From IMG/VR virus record IMGVR_UViG_3300047095_000752, positions 1-64,000 of that record: a stretch of 64,000 nucleotides of DNA; one strand, given 5' to 3'. Position 1 is the stretch's first letter. Each line of letters opens with the position of its first letter. The notes under the pieces are model-generated. The model saw nothing but the letters and a program-made list of their open reading frames with translations. It made no database searches and was not told where the DNA came from. Of the stretch, positions 1 through 9,738 are shown piece by piece. Both the position numbers and the translations under genes were made by a program.

Positions 1-348
1 CATTGAGAATATTGGAATTCTATATCCGGCGGTCCTGATATAATATCGAGACCCATTGTTTATTCTATTAAACATATCGGATGAATCAAATATACCATAA
101 TGATACGCATCTTTTATTTCGAATGTCTTTACTTCACCATCGTATAGATCATATGCTGCTACCCGATAATCTTCCATTTTAATATTATGATCTTTTACTT
201 CAATGATATATTGGTCGAAATGGACATTTAATCCAAATGATATTAATATAACTAAATAACATGTCAACTTCCAATATTTAAAATCACCATCTTTATCAAT
301 CCAATTTCCAAATATAAACTGTATAATCCCACTTAGTACTTTTTTCAT
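1..348 (-). CDS. Membrane-anchored phage protein, runs off the window edge (DUF1523-like)
   Basis: Manual translation from ATG at 348: MKKVLSGIIQFIFGNWIDK...hydrophobic stretch...TAGYRIPIFSM, open to position 1. The GxRIPxFS motif resembles DUF1523-like phage proteins. Confidence 0.5.
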   Translation of the reverse strand, partial: MKKVLSGIIQFIFGNWIDKDGDFKYWKLTCYLVILISFGLNVHFDQYIIEVKDHNIKMEDYRVAAYDLYDGEVKTFEIKDAYHYGIFDSSDMFNRINNGSRYYIRTAGYRIPIFSM

Positions 349-544
349 TTAACATTTCCTTTTTCAGTCGTATTATTCGCCGCGATATAGTTTTATGTTA
401 GATACAAGCGCAATTCTTATAAATATCAATGTTATGCTTTTTGAATATATTGTTGTATTGTAGGTAATATAACCGAACTGGTTGAAGGTTATAACTAAAC
501 TCATTGTCGCGCCTTTCTTTACACTCTTGTTAAAATATATATAG

Positions 545-1084
545 TCAGTATCGTTTCAAGTATTCTGTGAATAAATCTGGCTCGGACATTAGAGTTTGTT
601 TATAATGAATTTCTTGAAATATTTTATCTAATCCTTTAATTGTATTTGGATGTAGTCTCCCCTTCATTTTCTTTATACCATGGGTTTTCAACCAACACCA
701 ATTATAAACTTGTGCCCAGTCTTTCTCTTTACCGTAGGTTCGACTAGCCGCCATCCAATCTGCAACCATTTCTCGTATATATTTTTCGGGCATTTCGATT
801 GGGGTTTCTCGTATGGATACACCTTCGTTACCGTGCCCGGTTCTTGATAGCCAATATTCCCAGTGATGGTGATTATGATTTTGATGATTTAACCACGCGG
901 TTTCCATATCAAGTATATCAAATGATAACATCTGATGTTTTTTACGGTAACAATTAAATTCAACAGGTGTGAATTTACTCCAGTCATGAATTATTAATTG
1001 GTACAATGGTGTTTTTGTATATATAAAACCTGCAAGAAACACATACCATTTATGTTTCAGTAAAAATAGGAAAAACTTTAACAC
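545..1084 (-). CDS. HD-like phosphohydrolase (DUF5662-like)
   Basis: Motifs HKW, HDWSKF, HQNHNHHHWEYW, EMP and EMVADW. Confidence 0.7.
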   Translation of the reverse strand: MLKFFLFLLKHKWYVFLAGFIYTKTPLYQLIIHDWSKFTPVEFNCYRKKHQMLSFDILDMETAWLNHQNHNHHHWEYWLSRTGHGNEGVSIRETPIEMPEKYIREMVADWMAASRTYGKEKDWAQVYNWCWLKTHGIKKMKGRLHPNTIKGLDKIFQEIHYKQTLMSEPDLFTEYLKRY

Positions 1085-1096
1085 TATGAACTCCTT

Positions 1097-1414
1097 TTAG
1101 AATATATATTTACGGAAAAGTCTAATATCATTACGTGCGTGAAACGATTCGCTGTATAAACTTAATGAATTCATCCAATCCACAAAGAATATATGAGTAT
1201 GAGACTTTTTGAAAAATCTACATGTACCTAAACTTGGTGAATCAAATAAAATAGTAGCAAATATTTTTATATTGAATGAAGTGGGGTATTTATATATTAT
1301 GATATCAAGCCCATATCTATTATTTACTACAACGCGGGACTTCATTAATATTTTTGTTATTAATTTTTTAAAACAATATGTTGTATGTACAAATTTTTCT
1401 GGTTGGTATTTCAT
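1097..1414 (-). CDS. Small hypothetical protein
   Basis: 105 aa ORF with an ATGA overlap to the upstream ORF. Confidence 0.5.
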   Translation of the reverse strand: MKYQPEKFVHTTYCFKKLITKILMKSRVVVNNRYGLDIIIYKYPTSFNIKIFATILFDSPSLGTCRFFKKSHTHIFFVDWMNSLSLYSESFHARNDIRLFRKYIF

Positions 1415-1659
1415 GCGGATTTCCGTTTAAGTCTATATAATTCAGTGTATTCACCGATATACCACTTACTCGCACTACACACACCTACCCGCCGTAGTTT
1501 ATCTATTAGATCTTCGGGTCGATCTGATGGGTTGCTGCCACGCCAATGTGACCAGTAAAATACATATAGAATATTAGGTGCCAACCTTTGTATAAAATAT
1601 TCAATTGAATTTAAAATATTGTATATAGTATCGTATATTAATTTTTTGAAACTAACCAT
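1411..1659 (-). CDS. Small hypothetical protein
   Basis: 82 aa ORF in an overlapping chain. Confidence 0.5.
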   Translation of the reverse strand: MVSFKKLIYDTIYNILNSIEYFIQRLAPNILYVFYWSHWRGSNPSDRPEDLIDKLRRVGVCSASKWYIGEYTELYRLKRKSA

Positions 1660-1936
1660 CGTTCACCTTTGTAAACCATATACATTTTACCGTATACTTT
1701 GATGACCGAAGTCGGTCGACTATAAATTCAATTTTACGCCCAACATTATTTCCAAGTTCATCAGAAATGTCCGTTGTATAAAATAAATAAAATAAAGTCT
1801 TCGCAAATTTTAGAATTAATTGTTCAAGACTACAACATAGTTCGTATATAATAACACTGAGTTTATAATTACACTGCGTCATAACTTGTTTTAAACCATA
1901 TACCATCAAAATTTTCGTTATAAGTAGGTATTTCAA
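1652..1936 (-). CDS. Small hypothetical protein (true start probably near 1882)
   Basis: ORF in an overlapping chain; the internal Met in MTQCNYK lies near the stop of the upstream gene. Confidence 0.45.
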   Translation of the reverse strand: MKYLLITKILMVYGLKQVMTQCNYKLSVIIYELCCSLEQLILKFAKTLFYLFYTTDISDELGNNVGRKIEFIVDRLRSSKYTVKCIWFTKVNDG

Positions 1937-3101
1937 TTCTTTTCATAATCTTGAATGTTTCTTCACCTACCGTGTGATCGGTTCGATTACGGTCGTTGAG
2001 TTTACACGTATCTTCATTTAAAATTATAAATGTACATCCTATAGTTACATCTCGATATCTATTCTTCAAATAATTTAAAATGACTCTTCTATTATCTTTT
2101 TTAAGGTTAGTATTACAAACTGCTATTTTATTCCTAAACCCATTTATACTTATTTCGTTATTTATATCTTCAATTAGTAATTGCTCTAATGGTGTATTTT
2201 TCGACAGGCAGTACTCAAATGCTTGTTTGGCGACCTCTTTAGGGTCGTTGAGTATAACTCTTGAGTTTAAATCTGATGATAAATTGTCTTTGAATACTCG
2301 CTCCCGAATTATATCGAATGAAAATATTTTACGGTCAGCCTGAGTTGCTCGGAAATCCTTACCAGATCCGGGTAGACCACAGTAGAACATGATATCTACA
2401 TCGTCCGACGTCAGATTACTTTTAGTATATTTACGTCCGGTGAAATTTATATTAACAACATGTTTAGATTTATGGGAATCGGAGTCTTTGGAAGCTACAC
2501 TTCCCAACTCATCAATTTCTTTGAATAATTTGAATTTATTGTATAGGGAACTCTCATACCTAACCATCTTAGCCAACTTATCGGGTATATTAATTAGATC
2601 GTAGAACACCATATGATTTGACACTAAATCACAAACGTCAACTATAATAGAAGATTGTTTATCGGTATCAACACAGAATTCAGCCAACACATCATACACA
2701 ACATTTGAGGCGTGTTTTGTACTCATAAATGCATGGTTATAGAATGTAACTTTATTATCATCTTTTATTTTTCTGGTAAATACTTTTCCGTAATCGTGAG
2801 TTAAAATTGCAACAGTCATTGTCATCAAATCTTCAACGGATTCAATCTTGATTGTGTTATAACTAAGGTATGCTTTATACGCCCCTAGCATGGCGGTGAC
2901 ATGTGCCCATACATCACCCTCACCGTGCCATGGGTTGTGGTTCACTATAGTTTGACCATCGTATAAATGATGTGAAGTGACTCTCATTTCTTGAACTTCG
3001 GATTCATATTTTTTGCAATAAAAAGAAATTATTTTATTCATATATTTTATGTTTTGTGCGTTTGATGTTGCCACGAAAAACTCCTTAAAGGTTGGATACA
3101 C
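1869..3101 (-). CDS. HD-Pnk-like RNA end-healing enzyme (HD phosphoesterase plus P-loop kinase)
   Basis: HGEGDVWAH...HDYGK...H...HM HD motifs, followed by Walker A GLPGSGKD, a SFDIIR motif and an NTN..K..R kinase-type motif. Confidence 0.8.
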   Translation of the reverse strand: MYPTFKEFFVATSNAQNIKYMNKIISFYCKKYESEVQEMRVTSHHLYDGQTIVNHNPWHGEGDVWAHVTAMLGAYKAYLSYNTIKIESVEDLMTMTVAILTHDYGKVFTRKIKDDNKVTFYNHAFMSTKHASNVVYDVLAEFCVDTDKQSSIIVDVCDLVSNHMVFYDLINIPDKLAKMVRYESSLYNKFKLFKEIDELGSVASKDSDSHKSKHVVNINFTGRKYTKSNLTSDDVDIMFYCGLPGSGKDFRATQADRKIFSFDIIRERVFKDNLSSDLNSRVILNDPKEVAKQAFEYCLSKNTPLEQLLIEDINNEISINGFRNKIAVCNTNLKKDNRRVILNYLKNRYRDVTIGCTFIILNEDTCKLNDRNRTDHTVGEETFKIMKRIEIPTYNENFDGIWFKTSYDAV

Positions 3102-3119
3102 TATTCAATATATATAATG

Positions 3120-4433
3120 CTAATGAGATTCCGTTTGTTCACCAGATCGAATTATGTAAAATACTGATATCAATTTAAATATTTTTCGCATCAAATGTGT
3201 CTTATTGGTTACTGGATCTATATGTTCATATAAGTCATTTTCCAAAGAGCGAACCACAATTCCTTCCCGACCTTTGAATTGATTCTTGTTCAACATACTA
3301 TGGTGCACTAAGGTGGTCGGACCATCTACATATTCTTCAAGGACACCTTCGTAGTACGGACCTTTATATAGACACTTCACACATGGTAAATTAAATGCTT
3401 TTGTATACGATTCTAATATATCGATGTGTTGATATTTACCATTAATTGTAATATCGAAGAATTTATATTCTTTAGCTGTACAACCATAATTCATATCTTG
3501 AACGCCGTTACCATATATTTCACCATATAGAACAATGTCATCACCCCCAGATCCGCCATGTCCCTGTGATATAGATTCTGCGAATCCCCTATTATTATTC
3601 CTAAGATTATACAATAGATCTTTAACTCGTGAATCTAATATCGGTAGTAAATATAGATCGACGTATGGTGTTTCGGCTATGTTAAAAATAGTATTGAAAT
3701 AGGGCACATTATTATATAGAGAATTTATAATTTTACTTTTCCAGCAGTTATTAAATATATTGGTATGGTATTTGAATAAGGTTTTCTTTTTAAATTTTAC
3801 ACTGAATTCTCTAACAATCTTTAACTGAGTGGTATGACTTCCTGCAACAAATTCAAATTTACCTTTAGGGTTCTTAACATACCCCGCCCGGAAGTTTGTA
3901 CCGTGTATTTTCTCAGTTATATAAATCGTTTCACCTCCACTAAAAGCTCCGGGATAATTTCTATAATTTTCAATACCAGTGTAATTCGTGAACGTACCAT
4001 ATTGATTTACGATATACACATTAGAGTCGTACCCAGCAGTTTCATAATTATATGCGTTATAATATTTAGTTTTATCATCACCTACCTTGTCACCGGCTTC
4101 AATGTGTATGGCAAATCCAAAACTGGGTTCCGCCCTTATATTCGCCGCCATTATTCTAACGTGTGTATCAGCCATAACATGCCCCGAAGGGAGTGTCCCA
4201 CAATATTTGGTTATCTCCCATTTATCCGTCCATTCTCTTGGGACTAGACTGTTCGGTGGGAAATATATAATTGGATCATTTACTTTATACTTACCTTTTG
4301 GTACAATTACCCACCACCCATTGATTCGGATCTTCTCTAATAAATCCGCATTTGGGTGTTTTTGTACATCTGATATAGTTTCTACTTTTACAGCAAAAGT
4401 TGACATGAAGTTCCTTTCTTTACCGATATCCAT
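3120..4433 (-). CDS. RNA ligase, DRB0094/Rnl5 family (start probably near 4406)
   Basis: N-terminal HPNADLLE OB-type module, motif I TEKIHGTN, YGEIYG, FFDI, EGIVVR and the C-terminal KIFK. Confidence 0.88.
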   Translation of the reverse strand: MDIGKERNFMSTFAVKVETISDVQKHPNADLLEKIRINGWWVIVPKGKYKVNDPIIYFPPNSLVPREWTDKWEITKYCGTLPSGHVMADTHVRIMAANIRAEPSFGFAIHIEAGDKVGDDKTKYYNAYNYETAGYDSNVYIVNQYGTFTNYTGIENYRNYPGAFSGGETIYITEKIHGTNFRAGYVKNPKGKFEFVAGSHTTQLKIVREFSVKFKKKTLFKYHTNIFNNCWKSKIINSLYNNVPYFNTIFNIAETPYVDLYLLPILDSRVKDLLYNLRNNNRGFAESISQGHGGSGGDDIVLYGEIYGNGVQDMNYGCTAKEYKFFDITINGKYQHIDILESYTKAFNLPCVKCLYKGPYYEGVLEEYVDGPTTLVHHSMLNKNQFKGREGIVVRSLENDLYEHIDPVTNKTHLMRKIFKLISVFYIIRSGEQTESH

Positions 4434-4731
4434 GATTTTGAGTATAAATTTGAGCTACACTTTTCCGGCGAGTATATAACACTTGTGCAATCGGACCTGC
4501 TATATTAGCACTATATGTAACCCCGAGTATTATACTACGAGTGAAATAATTTAATTTTAAAAAACTTAATGTAAATATACGATTTTTATATTTTCGGCGA
4601 CTATTACATCTTGATGTTATACACATATCATTTTTAGATTTTGTTATAACTTTAGACATGAGAAATATTAATTTACGAATTGAACTCAAACATAAGTTTT
4701 TGTCAACCTGCGATAAAATGGATTTATTCAT
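4420..4731 (-). CDS. Small hypothetical protein
   Basis: 103 aa ORF with a GGAG-type RBS upstream. Confidence 0.45.
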   Translation of the reverse strand: MNKSILSQVDKNLCLSSIRKLIFLMSKVITKSKNDMCITSRCNSRRKYKNRIFTLSFLKLNYFTRSIILGVTYSANIAGPIAQVLYTRRKSVAQIYTQNHGYR

Positions 4732-4742
4732 GAGTTCTCCTA

Positions 4743-4774
4743 TGGGCGCGGATCTAATATTGATCCGCGCCCAT
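4743..4774. terminator. GC-rich hairpin after the Hen1-ligase gene
   Basis: Inverted repeat atgggcgcggatc-taatatt-gatccgcgcccat. Confidence 0.5.
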
Positions 4775-4783
4775 CTATTTATA

Positions 4784-6988
4784 TTACAACGTTTTATCGA
4801 CTACACCAACAGAACTCATTCCGAGAAATGCAGCCACATACTTGAGTCTAGTCTCATGCCGATTATTCAAGAATGCATCTAATATTATTTTAGAGCATTC
4901 AAATTCTTGAATAGCAAGTCCACGCTTTTTAGCGACTTGGCGATGTGTTATATTTTTGAAATATTCTTCATTTTCATATAGAGGGAGTCCGTAAGTCAAA
5001 TTTAAATACTTATGTCCCCGGACTTTAAGAGCGGGTTGGATATAATATCCGGATGGTAATACACTTGAAAAATTATTCAATGGTTTATATACAAACCCTT
5101 CGAGTAAAGGTAGATCTGGATATGTATTGAAGGTAAGAGTTTCAGAAGGAGAACTACCGCAACGAGAGAGCCAGTCCAGTGTATTGTTTGCCATATCGTG
5201 TTCATCCGTTATAACGGTATATTTGCATGGCTTTAGTATTTTACAATCATCTGATATGATATCTATGTATTTCATCATATCCAAATTAGACATTGTATAA
5301 CCGTGTATAAGAGATCTTTTATGCTTGGTACCGATAGCAAGTACATGAAATGGTCGAATTTCAATATCAGTTTCTTTAGTAAATTCGTTGAGTGTATTCA
5401 ACACGGTCTCAACATACGCCGTATCCTTACCAGAATGTATATTGGATAGATATTGGGATTCGATTGCTGCGTAGAATTGCTCGTTAAGCATTGTTTTTGC
5501 AGCGTACGACCAAGGTAGAAGCTCAGCATCCAGAATAATAAAGGACACTTCCATCCCGATTTTTTCTTCAAGGGCGCTTATATTTTTTGATATTTCTGAA
5601 TGTAGGACGAGCTTTATATTTTGTTCATCTTCATTCTTGAAAAATTCAAATCCACCACGAGAATTTATTATAAGGGTTTTATCGTACCCTTTTTCTTGAG
5701 CAGCTTCAAAATTCTTAAACCACAATATTTGAGTTCGAGAACCCATATACTTAGTCTGTTGAATTAATTTAGTTACGCCACGCTCTCTGTAGTATTTAAA
5801 CGCACCCAGAGGATGTTCAATATAAGAGTCGAATTGTCCGTATAAAGTTCTATAATAGTCGAGTTTATTTTCTGGAAGTAGATGCTCCTTAAGAGTCTCA
5901 ACCGGAGACACTGTAGGTGCCATGTAAAATATATTCTTCGAGTTACTTATGAATGCACGTGACGTATACCCACGCCCAATTTCCTTCTGAGATACAGAGT
6001 AATCAGACACAGGGAGGTATATGTTACCTTGCATTTTATTCAAATTTTTAAGAGATTTAAAGTCGATCTGTCGTTCAATTTTATTTTTTCGAGGTTTTCT
6101 ATAATCGGTTGTGTCAAGAGTCCATTCGAGAATTCGCTCAGGACTCCATTCGGTTGGATCAACTTGTATTGAAAATATCCTATCTTCAACTTCACCTTCT
6201 TTTGGCGGATATGGTTTTGATATTGTTATCTTGTTATCTATAAGAGATTTATGTGTAGCGAATATACAGAAGGAGGGCTGCATATTCTCAAATTCTTCAG
6301 TCGGTTCTATTATATCAATATATTCAATATTGTATAAGTCGGATAGATAACTAACCACTTCGCGGCTAAATTGGTCTTTTGTGTATTCGACGCAATGGTC
6401 TCGCCGACGGAGGCTACCCGGCTCTATCGAATAGAATTTATTGAATTCAATATTAGGGGTAGTTAGATATAAATACTTCGGTACAAATATGTTTTTAATT
6501 AAATCTAAAATTTTAATACGATCACCATATTCAAAGTGCTCAATAGCTTCCACACAAGTCAATAGATCGGGGAGACAATCGCTTATAGTTATATTTGGGT
6601 ATAGTATATTACTTTCAATTACACGAACTTTATCAGTTGTTTTTATCTTTTTTATTTTATAAAAATCCTTTTCAATTCCAAGGATTCTAAGTTTCGGATG
6701 TTCTTTTACCAACATCTCCAACAGTTTACCTTCGGAAGTACACAGGTCCACCATGTACTCAATTTCAGGCATATCATTGAGTTTATTACATATCAATTCA
6801 TGTCTTTTCTGATGTAACGATATCTTCTTATCAACCAGTTCAGCTACAGATACTGGTGGGGTATATCCAAATTCTTGCTTAAATTTTTGCTTTAATGTTT
6901 TGTTATCTTGACAGAATTTGTTCATAATCATAGAGAAGTTTTTAGAATATCTTCTAACCGTAGTTGAATCGTTATCCGACATCTTCAT
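4784..6988 (-). CDS. Fusion of Hen1 RNA 2'-O-methyltransferase domain and Pnkp adenylyltransferase (RNA ligase) domain
   Basis: Hen1 MTase motifs DLCTSEG, VEAIEH, TTPNIEFN and RRDHCVEYT. Pnkp-ligase motifs YMAPTVSP, IEHP..AF.YY, KYMGSR, LDAELLPW, EGFVYKP, QPALKVRG..YL..TYG, KR.LA..EF and terminal DKTL. Confidence 0.85.
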   Translation of the reverse strand: MKMSDNDSTTVRRYSKNFSMIMNKFCQDNKTLKQKFKQEFGYTPPVSVAELVDKKISLHQKRHELICNKLNDMPEIEYMVDLCTSEGKLLEMLVKEHPKLRILGIEKDFYKIKKIKTTDKVRVIESNILYPNITISDCLPDLLTCVEAIEHFEYGDRIKILDLIKNIFVPKYLYLTTPNIEFNKFYSIEPGSLRRRDHCVEYTKDQFSREVVSYLSDLYNIEYIDIIEPTEEFENMQPSFCIFATHKSLIDNKITISKPYPPKEGEVEDRIFSIQVDPTEWSPERILEWTLDTTDYRKPRKNKIERQIDFKSLKNLNKMQGNIYLPVSDYSVSQKEIGRGYTSRAFISNSKNIFYMAPTVSPVETLKEHLLPENKLDYYRTLYGQFDSYIEHPLGAFKYYRERGVTKLIQQTKYMGSRTQILWFKNFEAAQEKGYDKTLIINSRGGFEFFKNEDEQNIKLVLHSEISKNISALEEKIGMEVSFIILDAELLPWSYAAKTMLNEQFYAAIESQYLSNIHSGKDTAYVETVLNTLNEFTKETDIEIRPFHVLAIGTKHKRSLIHGYTMSNLDMMKYIDIISDDCKILKPCKYTVITDEHDMANNTLDWLSRCGSSPSETLTFNTYPDLPLLEGFVYKPLNNFSSVLPSGYYIQPALKVRGHKYLNLTYGLPLYENEEYFKNITHRQVAKKRGLAIQEFECSKIILDAFLNNRHETRLKYVAAFLGMSSVGVVDKTL

Positions 6989-7610
6989 TTCCTTCGTCGA
7001 GCCAAGTTTTAGAGATTGTAATTAATTTATCAACAAATGCTTCATGTGCTGTATATATTCCACCGCGCCGGATAGTCAAAAATAACGATAATACATATGC
7101 CTTCTGTATGAATTCCGATGTCGTCATAGCTTCTTTTGGATTTAATTTCAACATAAAGCACGAACGCATTTCAATCGTCGATTCAACACTTGATGCATTA
7201 ATGTTGTAATCATCAAATAGCTTTACCGAGAATTCTAAGTCGTTCACAATCGGACCAATTATTATTTCTTGATTTTGCGTTTTTTGAAAAAATTGTTCGT
7301 CGGTTATATCACCTTTCGGTGGTCGTCCCGCGATGCAAGACCGTAGGGTTTCCCATAGTGCTTTTAGATGATACGGACATGCTGCAGCAACTTCTGAATT
7401 CAAATAGAAATCTAAATTCAATTGTCGTGCAACTTTTAAGAATTGCATATCATCTAATTCGGTTTTAATTTCATATTGCGTATCTACCCCGTTGACGAAT
7501 TGACCCGTGAATTTAAGTCCACGCAGGTCCTGTTCAAATGGGGGAGAATTTGGATTCTTAACTAATATATAAGATAAATGTGGTATATCACTTTTTATTG
7601 AAAAATACAT
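6972..7610 (-). CDS. Hen1 N-terminal (ligase-activating, Hen1_L-like) domain
   Basis: LSYILVKNP resembles DLGYLLHKHP; AYVL...VDKL....WL matches the end of the Hen1 N-domain; it lies directly upstream of the Hen1 MTase. Confidence 0.72.
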   Translation of the reverse strand: MYFSIKSDIPHLSYILVKNPNSPPFEQDLRGLKFTGQFVNGVDTQYEIKTELDDMQFLKVARQLNLDFYLNSEVAAACPYHLKALWETLRSCIAGRPPKGDITDEQFFQKTQNQEIIIGPIVNDLEFSVKLFDDYNINASSVESTIEMRSCFMLKLNPKEAMTTSEFIQKAYVLSLFLTIRRGGIYTAHEAFVDKLITISKTWLDEGNEDVG

Positions 7611-7611
7611 A

Positions 7612-9603
7612 TCAACCCTTTCCTATTCGTTCCAAAAATTCATCTTCAGATATAATTGTAATACCCTTAGATGCGGCTTTGGCTAACTTTGCCCCGGCAT
7701 TCTCACCGACTACAAGAAGAGTAGTCTTTGACGTTACCGATTTATCAACTTTACCACCGTTCTCCAAAATGAGTTCGTGGATACGGGGGCGGGGAGTGAA
7801 CAAGACCCCTGTCACACAAACCAGTTCACCAGCGAAGGCGTCCGATTTTGCTACAGTATTCATAGTCTCATTTTCATCAACTTTCATGTTAAATCCATAA
7901 GATACAAGATCTAATATAAGCTTTTCATTTTTATATTCTCTAAACCAATTATAAATACTATTTGCAACAACATCACCAATTCCATCTATAGACTTTAAAT
8001 CTTCTACTTTCTGAGATCTTAATGTTTGAATATCCTTGAATGTATTTGCAAGAAGAGAAGATGTTGTTTTACCAGTATTGGGAATTTGTAACCCAGCTAA
8101 TACTTTTTCAAATGGCATATTTTTTGATTTTTGAATGCTATTATATATATTTTTAGAAGACTTTTCAGCCATACCGTCGAGTTGGCAAATATCATCCGGT
8201 GTCATATCATATAGATCTATTATGTTATGAATCATATTTGCATCATACATTTTATCAACTATAGCGTCACCAAGACCATCAATGTCCATCACATCTTTGG
8301 ATGCCCAGTATAACACTTTACCTACGATTTTTCCAAGACAATCTGGATTCTGACATATAAGAGCTACATTATCATTATCATTAGCAACATCAAAACAACA
8401 TACCGGACATAATTCTGGTCGTTCAAATTTTTCCAAATTTTTCCCAATACGATTTTCCATGTTAACATATAATATCTGAGGGATAATTTCACCGGCTTTT
8501 TTAATACCGACAATATCTCCGATTCTTATATCCAGTTTCTCTACTTGATCAAAATTGTGGAGAGAAGCCTTAGCTACAACGGATCCACATATCTCAACAG
8601 GTTCAAGTATAGCTACCGGAGTCAGTGCGCCGGACTTACCAACCTGAACATCTATGTTCAATACTTTAGTTTCTTCAATTTCTTCTGCATATTTATAAGC
8701 GACTAACCATTTCGGGTGACTTGATGTATCTTTGAATTTAGAGCGACTTGCTATATCATTTATCTTAACGACAACACCATCAACCGGGTACGGAAGTGTA
8801 GTTTTATTTGCACCAAATTTATCAATAACAGATTTTAAGTTATCACCACCATTTACAATTTCATACTCGGGAGTCTTAAACCCAAGATCTTTTATTGTGC
8901 TTAATACTTGAAATTGATTTGTTAAGCCATGTTGTAACGGATCAACGATATCATATGCTATCATTGATAATTTACTTTGTTTCGATATTTTTGAATCTTT
9001 TCTTTTCAATGCTCCGGCGGCTGCATTTCTTGGATTTGCTAATAATTGTTCACCATTCAATTTTTTGTTACGATTTAATCCTTCAAATACTTTAAATGAC
9101 ATATATACTTCACCACGAATTTCAACGATATTATTCATACTATTAGGAATACTTAATGGAACTCCATTAATAACTTTTACATTTTCAATAACATTTTCAC
9201 CGATAGTTCCATTACCCCGAGTGAGAGCTTTAGTCAAAATTGAATTTTCATATATCAATGATATAGCCAACCCATCGATTTTATACTCAACCGAATATTC
9301 ATCTGATACTAATTTTGATTTTTTAGTAAATGAGTCCAATTCTTTAACCGAATATACCTTTTCTATACTCATCATCTTTTTAGAATGTTTTATTTTTTCG
9401 AATTCACTTACAGGGTCAGAGCCAATTCGTTGGGATGGAGAATCTGATATATAAGCACTGGGGTTATTTCTCTCATATTCAAGTAATTGATTGAACTTTT
9501 TATCATATTCTTCATCTGATATAATTGGATTAGAATCGTTATAGTATAAACAACTGTGTTTGTTCAACTCACTCTTAAGACTGCAGTACTCTTGGTTTGT
9601 CAT
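7612..9603 (-). CDS. ligA: NAD-dependent DNA ligase
   Basis: YY..SNP.ISDEEYD, KIDG adenylation motif, TRGNG, EIRGE, NPRNAAAG, C4 zinc finger, HhH repeats and BRCT domain. Start moved to MTNQEY at 9603. Confidence 0.96.
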   Translation of the reverse strand: MTNQEYCSLKSELNKHSCLYYNDSNPIISDEEYDKKFNQLLEYERNNPSAYISDSPSQRIGSDPVSEFEKIKHSKKMMSIEKVYSVKELDSFTKKSKLVSDEYSVEYKIDGLAISLIYENSILTKALTRGNGTIGENVIENVKVINGVPLSIPNSMNNIVEIRGEVYMSFKVFEGLNRNKKLNGEQLLANPRNAAAGALKRKDSKISKQSKLSMIAYDIVDPLQHGLTNQFQVLSTIKDLGFKTPEYEIVNGGDNLKSVIDKFGANKTTLPYPVDGVVVKINDIASRSKFKDTSSHPKWLVAYKYAEEIEETKVLNIDVQVGKSGALTPVAILEPVEICGSVVAKASLHNFDQVEKLDIRIGDIVGIKKAGEIIPQILYVNMENRIGKNLEKFERPELCPVCCFDVANDNDNVALICQNPDCLGKIVGKVLYWASKDVMDIDGLGDAIVDKMYDANMIHNIIDLYDMTPDDICQLDGMAEKSSKNIYNSIQKSKNMPFEKVLAGLQIPNTGKTTSSLLANTFKDIQTLRSQKVEDLKSIDGIGDVVANSIYNWFREYKNEKLILDLVSYGFNMKVDENETMNTVAKSDAFAGELVCVTGVLFTPRPRIHELILENGGKVDKSVTSKTTLLVVGENAGAKLAKAASKGITIISEDEFLERIGKG

Positions 9604-9626
9604 ACATTTTTTCCTTAAAAAAATAA

Positions 9627-9660
9627 GGAGGGAGTAATAGCAAAATGCTATCACTCCCTC
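9627..9660 (-). terminator. Hairpin terminator downstream of the GC-rich gene
   Basis: gagggagtaatagca-aaa-tgctatcactccctc with an A-run on its left (U-tract on the minus strand). Confidence 0.55.
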
Positions 9661-9738
9661 TATATCACAGGGGATGCTGCTGATGTTTATATTTTGTTTT
9701 TATTTTTGGGATATATGTATCAAAGACTGTATGGGATG

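Noticed and set aside
9604-9654. N-terminal extension of LigA in the ORF track
   Set aside because: Overlaps a terminator hairpin; the AAGGAA RBS favours the ATG at 9603.
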